Below the pieces are notes generated by a model that was not told the DNA's origin, made no database searches, and saw only the letters and a program-made list of their open reading frames with translations. The position numbers and the translations under genes were made by a program. A stretch of 64,000 nt of DNA, from contig OZ037771.1 in assembly GCA_964035545.1 (NCBI GenBank), forward strand, positions 1,127,628-1,191,627, written 5' to 3'. Positions 26,961 through 37,444 of the stretch are shown here, one piece after another. Positions within the stretch are counted from its first letter, which is position 1; every line of letters starts with the position of its first letter. The DNA is from Bugula neritina. Lineage: Eukaryota > Animalia > Bryozoa.

Positions 26961-27924
26961 TGACGGCTATAATTCCACCTAAGTTTCACCAATAGTGAAG
27001 TTTAGTTTAAGAAAGACAATGTGAAGCTCAGGTAGACAAGAGAGCTGTACTCAGCTCAGTATCTGGGTGACATTGGCAGGGGTCAGCTGATGGTAAATCA
27101 TCCATTGTCAGTTTCTGGTACAAACTATCTATCAAATGTTGATGTTCCTGTTTGTGAAGTTTTGTGGTAAAATGCTGCAGAGTCTACTATATGAGCTGCA
27201 GCATTTATTATGAGTTTTATGGGTGCTTTAATGAGCTGAGACCTGGAAGGTTAGAGGTATCTAGGGCAAGTCTTGTCTGTTGATTAACCTTGAATTGATG
27301 ACTAGTAGATCATTATTTCTAGAAATTCTCTACTGAAAAACCAGTGTTTCAACTAAAATTTAGTTCTTATAACTAAACATCAATTTAAAACATTGTGAAA
27401 ACAACTGTTCTTAGAAGTATAGTCAGACTTAATATTAGGAAACATATTTACGGGCCTCTCCCTAGTTCCCCGACTCTAAAATGTAGTAACCACATTCTAA
27501 ACCCAAATATTCTTTGAACTGTGAGAAACTCTGATAGAAAAGGGTGTTTGGACTCGTTATTACTAGGCCAACACTCCAGCCCCTACACTACAACTGCTCC
27601 TACCATTCTAGACCCAAATACTCAATCAAAACCTCCAAGTACATCTGTGCACCCAGAAGAGAGAGTTGAAAGGTGAGGTACCAGCATAAAACTTGTAGCT
27701 CTTCTTTCCAGATTTTAAGTACCACCTCACAGCAAGTTAGCAATATACGTAGAATATATATGCTCATATGTATATATGTTATACTAATACTATATACACT
27801 CATATATACACAAAATGGTACAAATTAGATAAAAACTCAAAATTGAACGTGCAGTATTTTGTAAACCATGTTTTTCACACAGAAAATGATTCCAGCCTAA
27901 ATTAGCGAAATAGAAAATGATTCA

Positions 27925-28170
27925 ACTTACGCCTCCGAGTTCCGAGAAGCGGTAACTGCTGCAGGTGTTGTAACAATGGCGCCCGCAGTGAGCGGACCTA
28001 CAGACTAACCGACTTGCACTTATAGACTGTGTACCTTTAGTGAAGAATAACGCGACTGTAGTAGCCTATAGCAGGAGAGAATCACTGGACAGGAGGCTTT
28101 GTGACACGCCTACATATTAGTATTGGAAGTAGGACAATCGCTGAGAAAGTAGAGCAATCGCCGTGCCAAG
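27925..28170. promoter_or_regulatory. Probable promoter / non-coding first exon of the zinc-finger gene
   Basis: Isolated CpG-rich patch, a minus-strand donor GGC|GTAAGT at ~27930, and a YY1-like ACAATGGCGCC on plus at ~27973. Assignment to the zinc-finger gene is inferred. Confidence 0.45.
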
Positions 28171-30841
28171 TTAATTTGTGTAACCACAATATTTTACTTG
28201 TTGTTTAAATTGCATATTGCAACTGTTTTTTTAGAGATGCTGATCATATTATGAAAACAAACCAATGACTACAGCCTTGTATATTGAAGTAAACTATATA
28301 ACAAAGCTGTTGCCAAGGCTCTCACTTCAATGCAATCACTCTGTAAACAAATTATAACTTGTGATGAGCATCTAAAAAGTAAGAAAACAAAGCATTTAAA
28401 TTGAAATAAGATTTTCCATTATTATAAAAAGAGCTGCAAATGCTTATTTTATTTCAATGAGTTGAAAACCATGTTCTGTCTCATTGAATAAGATGTTGAG
28501 ATTAAATATCTTCATTCTAATTAACCTTGATGCAGCTGTTAGCATTTTATAGCCTTAAACCTTGTATAAGCACTACTGTACTGTAGAAATTTTTTATGAT
28601 GCTATATAACCATTGTTATAGTATTATTATAATATTTGAGTGTTGCACAAATTACTCTATGCTGAAACAATGTGTAAAACATTGTCTGATTCAAAGTTGT
28701 CTTCTCTTGTCAACTGTAATAATTGTATTGAGAGATAAGAGTTGTCCTCTCTTTGCTATAACGATAAAGCTATAAACATACTGAGTACATTCATTTATTG
28801 CAAGCTGCAATTCTATTAATACTTTTTTCATCTAATGTACTTGTAGTATGAAGCAGGGTACCATCTTCTCAGAGTTAAACAGAGAGACTGGTTGACATGC
28901 AATTACTTTTATTTTGGGATGTTTATGCTTTTACCATACACATGCAAATGTTGAATATAATATAATGGTGATGAATTTACATAATAAATATTTCTGTGAG
29001 CAGTTTGTTGAATGCAATGGTGTTGGATTTCAGAACTCTACGTATTCATTACTGGCATGCACTTTTAGTTTTATCATTAGTTTGAAGATTAAAATAATTA
29101 AATCTGCCTTTAGAATTTTTATTACAGGTTAAAAATATGGGAGACCTGTTGTGCATCCTGTTGAAGAAAATACCCACTTTACATAAGCAGTGTTTCTTAG
29201 ATAACTTTAATACTAAGATATTAAAGTATATATTTGGTTAAGTTTTCTAGTAAAATTAGCACATGCAGGTAGAAACTATACCATTCTATGCTACTGTAAT
29301 TCATAGCATTCCTAGCAATAGGTTATTGAGAACAAGCTCTAAGTTCTTACCTCTGATAAACAAGCTACAGGTGCAGATCATTTCAATATGAATATGGTTT
29401 AAAAATTATTTAGCAGCTGTTCAACTATGGGAAAATAACAACTCTTGATTCTAGTAAAATGATTAACTTGATATTTACACTTGCATTATAATTACTCTAG
29501 ACTTACTCTTTAAATAATTTAATTTTTGACAGCAAAGTATTTAGGATTGATTTGCTAATGTGAACACTACTAGCCCATGGGTGCCAATTCACTTTTATCT
29601 GAGTAAACTACAACTATGTTAAAAAATTATATAAATTATTATGTTTAATATAATGCGCATAATATATTGCAATACGTGTTGTGATACAGTTTGATATAAA
29701 TTGATATCTTACATAACATATGTGCAGGCAGATCTTGAACATACTACTTACTAGTAGTAATACTTATACTAATAGACTTAGAGTATAGTATTAGTAGTTA
29801 CTAGTTAATAGTTAGTGTTACTAGTTGATAGTTAGCTAATAGTAACTAATAGCTAGTAACTAATAACTAGGAACTAGTAGTATTACTATTAGTAATACTG
29901 CATTAGTCTTACTATTACTATTAGTTACTAATACTAGTAACTACTAACTGCTAGTACTACCACTAGTAGTTAGTAATAGCTAGTAACTAGTAGCTATAGT
30001 TGCTATTGGCTATCACATGGGCATTCTGCAGCTAAGACAATCAGCTAGCTAGTACCGTATGACAATCATGGCCAGTCAAATGCTGGCATTGAGTGATGTT
30101 TTTAATTTATATCAAAGCGAGCGGGTAGTCTCTAATTTACTACAGAGCTCCTTTCTTTTGAATAGTTTGCTGCATACTCATGCTGTATCTCGTGTTAGTT
30201 GTCCACAAACTTCCTTTCTTTTTTAATGCCCTCAGAATTTTGAGAAGACAACTTCTCTTGGACTATATAAGTACGTATTTGGCACGGTCGCATGCTAAAG
30301 ACCTATTATAAAGATTAGCAGTCAATTAAAACTGTTAATTATCTGCATTTGAGTGTGATAGCATGTGTTTCATAATACCGCAACTATATGTGAGTTCAAA
30401 ATTTTATTTTAACTTTACGAAGTGGAAGAATCAACCTAATGCTTCAGTTTAAAACTAGTGACAGAAATAAGAATGTATCCGGATGTAAAATAATATAACA
30501 ATATAAGCATATCATGCAATATAAGCATACCATACAATACATGCTTACAGCGTATTATATGCATACCATACAATATGTGATTCTCACACAATATATAAAA
30601 GTCATACAATATGAACCAGAATTATAATTCAAATCAAATCACAGTATGGGTTTTTGAAAAATAGACATGGCTACAAAAATAAACAACTTTATTTTTGTTG
30701 AAGGCACAAAAGGAAAAACAACTCCTCTGAAAAGTCGACACTAATGATACAAATTACAATATTTTGCAGCTCACAATGTGAAATGGTGCATAGCTTTCAT
30801 TTCCTACTACTGGTTTCAACTTACACTGTAAGCAAGAATAG

Positions 30842-30850
30842 AATAAATAA
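30842..30850 (-). promoter_or_regulatory. AU-rich element nonamer UUAUUUAUU in the 3' UTR of the orphan gene
   Basis: Plus AATAAATAA reads TTATTTATT on minus, ~140 nt after the stop. A candidate AATAAA lies on minus at 30688-30693. Such motifs also arise by chance in AT-rich DNA. Confidence 0.4.
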
Positions 30851-30987
30851 TGCTAATAGCACACAACTGACTTTGTATTTTGTATTGCACAAACTGAAGG
30901 GAATGAAAGCATATTGTAATATACTGTGTTTAACTGATACTATTTTTGCTTGTCCTAGACTGTACGTAGCAATGAGCTCTAGAGTTG

Positions 30988-33562
30988 TCACTGTCTACCT
31001 CCATGCAAACACCAAAATAAGTTTCTCGTTTTGAGCAAAATCTCCTGGTGGTCATGAGGCACGCGGGTGATTTCAGACGTGGGTATTGTCTCATTCTGAA
31101 ACATCAAAAAGTTTAATTAACACAGAAATAAGTTTTTCAAGTAAAATTCAAACTTGATATTTTTCTATCATAGTTGCTCTTAGCATACTAAACGGTAAAA
31201 TTAAAATGCCAAATGTTTCTGTTGGCTAATATTAATAATAAGAGCGCTACAATGTGAAATTAGTAGTTATGTGCTCTTGGATCATTGGGGAATTTACTCA
31301 CAGTTAACATTAGGTTCCTGATGAATACTGTGAATATTATTACAATACCAAATAAAAAATATCTTGAAATAAAATTGTTTTATTTATACGCAGAGCATCA
31401 TGTCATGTCTTGATATGACTCTATTATAGGATTTGGTACTCCACTAAATAATATTACATAATAATGCAATATTATTTAATACAGCAATGCAACACTGTAA
31501 TACAGCATGATGGGCTGCTTGCACATAAAAAAGTCTTACAAGTTTATAGTGACTATCCCTGTGAGAAACCCCTAATGTGTAGGGTCTCTGTTAAATCAGG
31601 CTAAAAGTTTATTTATATGTGGCACAGGAGAAATTATGACTGAATGCTCTTCCTAACATCACCAATGGCCTTTATTAGGAATCGAACCCAGGACTGCAGG
31701 TTCACTAAGCCAAACACTCTAACCCCTAGACCACAGCTGCTCTTACGACTTACATGTGCAGTTGGCATATAAGTAACTATCTCACTCACCACACAACTAA
31801 GGGCTGCTCCACAATCCACCATTATGGCACATGCGACACTGCTCAGTTGAGACTGAAATCTTTGAATCACTATTGGATGATTCACCGTAACTTTTGCTGC
31901 CAGATGGGTTTCATTAGACGACAAATGGCAGTATGTGCGACGCAACGTAGAGTGTATTTCCTCTCTTGCCTCCTGCAAAAAAGAACAAAGATAAGCAATT
32001 TGTGGGACACAAGAATATTTGCAATTTTGATATAGGGAGATGTGTAGATAAAAAGTGACCTATAGTGAATAAGCAACTCTGAAATACTGCATCCATCCTG
32101 AAATAGTCATGACCTAGCATTTGTTTGTAACCATAGCAACAGCTTGTTTAGGGCATTGACACTATTAAATTTGAATTATGTTTTTTTAAATAGAGAAAGT
32201 AAACAAATATAGGCCTCAGAATGGTATTGATAAAACAATTAAGAGTGACCCAGTGGTAAATATTATAATTAGGTGTGGGTGTAGCTGCATATTCCATAAA
32301 TAATATTACATCATAGTCTGTAATATATATGTGAATATATTATAGCCTACATAATATTACATATTCTGCAATATATATGTGAATATATCATACATAATAT
32401 TACATAGTCTGTAATATATATGTGAATGTATTATATATAATATTCCATAGTCTGTAATATATATGGGAATATATTATACACACTATTACATATTATACAC
32501 TATAAGTAAATAGACTATACATAATATTACGTACTCAGTAATATGCAAGATTACTTACTCTGTCAGTTGTTGGATCAAACCGTTCTCTACACCTTTGAGT
32601 TCTGCTAGACATTCCTCGAGTTAACGTTATTTCACTATTCGCTTCACTCTACAATAAAAAAAAAGGAAAGTTGAAAGACTTTGACCAAGAAAACCATTTT
32701 AGTTGACATCTTTTGCAAATTCTTAGTTTCTAAAATACAAGTACCTTTAAAAACCAAACCTTTCTACTTAATATATAATTTTCGATGTTTGGTTTTATCT
32801 TTTATATATTATAAAAAATATACTATTTGATAACGTTAAAAAGTTGGTATTTTATTTAAACCATTTTAAATAGCTTTTATTCTAATGTATTCATATGTTC
32901 AATAGAAACTGAGTTTGTATACAGTATATGAAAGTACAGTCTATACAGTCTATAAGATTAGCTGTTTAATCTGGTGATGTGTACTGCTAGCTAACATATT
33001 ATAATGGTCAACTAGCAATTTGGTATATGAAGAGTTGTCACACTTACGTATAGACGAATAATATTATCCAGAGAGACCACAGCACTGTTGATATGTCTCC
33101 TCAATGTGTTATAGTTGATACCAGATAGTCTCCTAAATGGTGCAGATGTAGCCGTTAACATTCCTGAGCTTTGAGGCTGGGTGTGACCATGCCCCACAAT
33201 TATATCCCCAGAGCTGGGAGAGCCGTGGTCTGATTGTACAGTCTGAAGAGGGGAATTACTCCACTGCTGTGGCATATGTCCAGAGTTGTTTCTACCCAAT
33301 AAGTTTAACCATACTTTTGGGAGAAAAACCACCAGTAGTATCACAGTGTGAACGTTATCTGTAAATATTAAGAATAGGTCAACATCCTTGCATAAAATAG
33401 TATGATTGTCGCTGTGCAGTAGAACACAAAGAGGTTTCAAAAACAAATTTTTTAGCCAACTTTTTGCAATAAAATAAAAAGCAGATTCTCTAGCCTTTTA
33501 CAGGAAGATAATAAAAACTAATTTCATATATAAAAACACTTACATGCAAAATAAAGATTCAT
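30988..33562 (-). CDS. Orphan secreted protein, 248 aa, 5 exons; candidate long-chain four-helix (IL-6/G-CSF/GH-type) cytokine
   Basis: Exons 33562-33544 (19 nt), 33358-33048, 32648-32559, 31972-31754, 31095-30988. All four donors are GTAAGT, acceptors are pyrimidine-rich, phases are 1-0-0-0, and the 747-nt frame is uninterrupted. Exons 3 and 4 are open only in the frame used. N-terminal hydrophobic stretch VILLVVFLPKVWL. The gene model is well supported; the family assignment is inference. Confidence 0.75.
31575..31742 (-). mobile_element. tRNA-derived SINE in intron 4 of the orphan gene
   Basis: Minus strand: GCAGCTGTGGTCTAGGGGTTAGAG (A box) ... GGTTCGATTCC (B box, 31678-31688), then a non-tRNA body matching the 26781 copy. 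Confidence 0.8.
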
Positions 33563-33680
33563 GTCGTAGTTGCAGCTAATGTTATACTATGTTGTACTAT
33601 TATACAATAGACAAAGAGACAAACAGACTTGGCTTGACGAGAACACTGCTGAGAGTTTCTGTGTAGAACTCACCTTTGCC

Positions 33681-33930
33681 TTTTATATACCGACACTCCA
33701 GCCAATGGGTGGGTGCTCTGAGCAGGGAAATCCAAAATTATTCTTCGATGACTTTGCTACGATGAAAAAGAAAACCTCAGAGCACATGCAAACTGTTTAA
33801 CATAATTACCAGCTTATTGCACAAGTGTGAATTTATTGTTCATCCAATAATCTAGTTTTAGATCCATAGTGGGTCTTGCGTCTATTGAGAGAAAGAACAA
33901 AGGCAATGCCGGTTGCCATGGCAGCCTGGA
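33681..33930 (-). promoter_or_regulatory. Promoter of the orphan secreted-protein gene: TATA, CCAAT, kB-like, C/EBP-like and X-box motifs
   Basis: TATATAAAA on minus at 33681-33689 (~120 bp above the ATG); CCAAT 33702-33706; GGGAAATCC 33725-33733; ATTGCACAA 33816-33824; GTTGCCATGGCAGC 33912-33925. Confidence 0.65.
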
Positions 33931-34454
33931 CACAAGACCTAGCGCTGCTCCACACTAATTTCCTGTGCACTTTTCCTTGTTTATTGATAATCAGTTGATT
34001 TAAACTGAAGTGAAAGTTTCCCTACAGTTGTAAAGAAATCATGGTTTTTAAATAATCGATTTGAATTTCTACAATAAAACAGTATATACTACATAATGTG
34101 GCACCTGGTATGATCTGACAATATTAATTATATAAAATTATAACTATAAAAATATTCCAACATTGTTGTGGCACGTTACCATGAAAAACTTTACTCTGTT
34201 TACAATTACTTGATGACTTGGATGCTGTACTACAATATAGCTAGTGAACATGTTTCGACATGAAAATAGGCAAAATTAACCAAACCCAATAAATAAACTC
34301 TGCTCTAATTTGATATGAAACACTCTATCAGGTTTTGGTTGACAAGAGATAATGCAGACAGACATATAGACATATAAAGGCAGATAAACATATAAGCATA
34401 CACGCCTAGTACATATATATGTACATACAGGCTTATGACATAATATAGGCCTAC

Positions 34455-34662
34455 ACACATGCATACATACAAACAGACAAGCGTGTAGAAATGCATACAG
34501 ACATACATATAAACATACATGCGTGCATACACGCATACACGCATACACACAGACAGACACACAGACAGACACACAGATACACAGACAGACACACAGACAC
34601 ACAGACACGCAGAAAGACACACAGACACGCAGAAAGACACACACAACATATACAGCACATAC
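34455..34662. repeat. Compound (CA/CAGA/CATA) microsatellite
   Basis: Imperfect ACAC/ACAG/ACAT runs. Confidence 0.85.
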
Positions 34663-36247
34663 AAAAAATATAATTAAAAGTTCAGTCACTCTTGCGTATA
34701 AATTTTACATGGTACTTTATGAATAAGCATTTATATCTAAATAAAACTGAAGATCATCTGAAAATAGTGTCAGTTTGCTATAGAACAGGTTATTATTAGA
34801 TTGTAGCATTGATTTGGAGGTGTATGCTAGATAATTGAAGGAGCGCGTGTCAGTGTCAGCCATGCACTTAGTATCAAGGATGTTGCTATACCCATTTACC
34901 ATCATTTCCACAATTAAATTTGTGTAAGATCTTGTTATTTTCCTGCCTTCTGGTCTGCGAGAGTGATAAATACCATTCACGCTCCTGCCGTAGTAACATC
35001 GCAAATTTCAAATTAATAAACTCAGGAAGTAGCGAGTGTAGTTCTTCCAATAGCAGACAAGATACGAAGGGTTGTACAATTTGTTAATTCTTAACTATTC
35101 CACTTGGACGGTACTCGAGGGAGCTTCTCGCAATAGCCAATTAGAAAATCAGTTAATTAGGATCACCTAGACTTATGTTGTCATACATCATATTCCTTAA
35201 ATGAAATTAATATTTTCAGGATGTAAATGTATTATTATATATGTAATTCTCCTCTTCCTGCCATTTACCTCTCCTCCAACTCCAACCATCCTCCAGACCT
35301 TTGAGCCTTGCACATCGAGTTAGGCATAGTTATACAGCATGCAGTCTATGATATGATGCTTTATATTATGCATATTATACACACACTTAACACAATGACA
35401 CTGCAAATTATGCCCGGTGATAATATTAATAATTAAAAATGCGTAGCATAGACGATAATTTTGCCCTTAAACACATAATATGTTGTTATATCGTTACAGT
35501 AGTTGCTAGTATCTAAGCAAGTCAGTTTTGATTATGGCAGTAAATTATATTCTTATGCAAACATAGAAATCAAATGTAAAAAAATTGAGCATTATAAAAA
35601 AATTCACCTTGCTAAAAACAATTTTATAGAACATAAAAATCGGGAACTTCCAAAAACCCTTTTCTACAAGTTAACAACCCAGCATTATATTTTGGTATTT
35701 GACTGTTGGCATTTTACATGCATTATGTATAATGGCATTATTATTGGTGCATTATCATTGATATGCACAAAATTACTTATAGTAAGATTAACTTGAAGTT
35801 TGCATGCTTTTTAAAATTTGTTTTTTATACTTTATTCATTTACAATTTTTACATCATAAAGTTGAAAATTAAACTGTACTTTTTCGTGTTAACTCTTTTT
35901 CGCTTTCTTTTGTGGAGAAGAATTTACTTTTGAAATTTTAAAAATTGCAGTTTTAATAAAGTTGTTTTTAATGCTACATTATATTATATTATTATCATAC
36001 AATAAATTTATTCAGACATCAATGCGGCCATCAATAACTTACAAAATAGAATGAAGACTGAAAATAAAAAGTTTGATTAAAAAATAAAATATAGACCCAA
36101 AAAGAATACATTCTTCAAAACGCATATTATGCCAACATTCTACAAATTTTAAAGGTACATAACATTACAATAATTAGCATATATATATAAATATAAGCAC
36201 ATATATAAATATAGAAACACATAAATATGAATATATATATTTTAAAT

Positions 36248-36400
36248 GTATCTTTATGGGCTAGCAATTTAATTATGAATAGGTATCCGCGAAACGTTCT
36301 GGTTTTATTACTTTATTAAATAAAGTAATTAACTAATATTTTTGGCACCAATGTGCCCATCTTCAAGTTAACAATGAATGATAAAAATTCAAAAAGTTAT
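36248..36400 (-). mobile_element. Penelope-like pLTR / minimal hammerhead-containing repeat, copy 1
   Basis: Minus strand: TTAAC-TTGAAGA-TGGGCAC-ATTG-GTGCC-AAAAA-TATTA-GTTAA ... AATAAAGTAATAAA ... GCTAGCCCATAAAGATA, followed by a TA-rich tract. Confidence 0.6.
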
Positions 36401-36643
36401 GACATCGCGTTAAACTCCATGCACGACATAAAGTATAGAGAGTGGCACTTATTTTAAATTATTTAAACCGAGGGAGATAATCTTATTTTTTATATTTCAT
36501 GAGTAAACATTATTCTGATTCCTTTGCATAAAAATGAATAAGAGTTGAAGAAAAATAAATATCTGTATATAAAAACAACATGGATTTGTGAAAATAAATA
36601 AATAAAATAAATGCCAATAAATTTTACACTACTCAACTTCCAC

Positions 36644-36750
36644 AAACTTTGAATTTTCATCCTTCATTGTTACTCTGAAGATGGGCACAGTGGTGCCCAA
36701 AATATTAGTTAATTATTTTTTTTAATAAAGTAGTAAAACCAAAATGTTTC
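36644..36750 (+). mobile_element. Penelope-like pLTR / minimal hammerhead-containing repeat, copy 2 (inverted relative to copy 1)
   Basis: CTGAAGA-TGGGCAC-AGTG-GTGCCC-AAAA-TATTAGTTAA ... AATAAAGTAGTAAAACC; about 105 bp of inverted match to copy 1. Confidence 0.6.
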
Positions 36751-37222
36751 ATGATTATATATATCAACCTGCCAACACTCAAAAAAATTCTTACTGTGCA
36801 ACCATAAAATCTAGAGACTTTGTATTTTATATTTTATGTACTATAGTATATAGTAAATAATATCCAACTACCTACAGGGTAAGGCCACCCAACAACAACT
36901 ATATCTGCTATAAATTGTGTGTTTACATTATGTTTTTTATATATTTAAAAATATTTGCAAACCTATATAACACCAAAGGCACTATTATGTTTGCGTTATG
37001 TTTTACGTTGTGCTTAAGCATGTTGATTTTCTTAATGTAAAAATTTGAATTCAATATTGTGCCTGAGGAGTGCTGAAGAGGCATGAAACTAATAGTAGCA
37101 CAATAAAATAACATTTAATTAAATTGCTCTTTTTTGATAATATATATATAATATATATATTATCAACAAATATAATATATATATAATATATATATAATAT
37201 ATATATATATATATTATATATA

Positions 37223-37345
37223 CATTGCTACACTGAAGATGGGTACAGTGGTACCCGAAATATCAGTGTAATTACTTTACCTAATAAAGTAATAAATAAC
37301 AATGTTTCTCGTATACCTATTTATAATCAAATTGCTAGCTCGTAA

Positions 37346-37348
<3 letters not shown>
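37223..37348 (+). mobile_element. Penelope-like pLTR / minimal hammerhead-containing repeat, copy 3, embedded in (TA)n
   Basis: CTGAAGA (37233-37239), stem GGGTAC-AGTG-GTACCC, GAAA (37257-37260), TATCAGTGTA, a downstream AATAAA, and the same 3' end as copy 1. Flanked by TA repeats on both sides. Confidence 0.65.

Positions 37349-37442
<94 letters not shown>
37348..37442. repeat. (TA)n microsatellite, ~47 units
   Basis: Perfect TA run. Confidence 0.98.

Positions 37443-37444
<2 letters not shown>

Noticed and set aside
27170-27207. Hairpin AAATGCTGCAG...CTGCAGCATTT as a miRNA candidate
   Set aside because: The stem is only ~11 bp, too short for a pre-miRNA, and there is no recognisable mature sequence.
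27976-28008. ATGGCG start of a plus-strand gene
   Set aside because: The frame stops after 10 codons and no convincing downstream coding exons were found in 28000-30600; more likely a promoter motif.
30933-31094. Alternative longer frame for the last exon of the orphan gene (MRQYPRLKSPAC...)
   Set aside because: It needs a phase-2 junction, but the strong GTAAGT donor at 31753 is phase 0. It cannot be fully excluded without cDNA.
31670-31742. Possible tRNA gene
   Set aside because: A and B boxes are present, but there is no clean acceptor stem and it continues into a body shared with the 26781 copy, so it is a SINE head.
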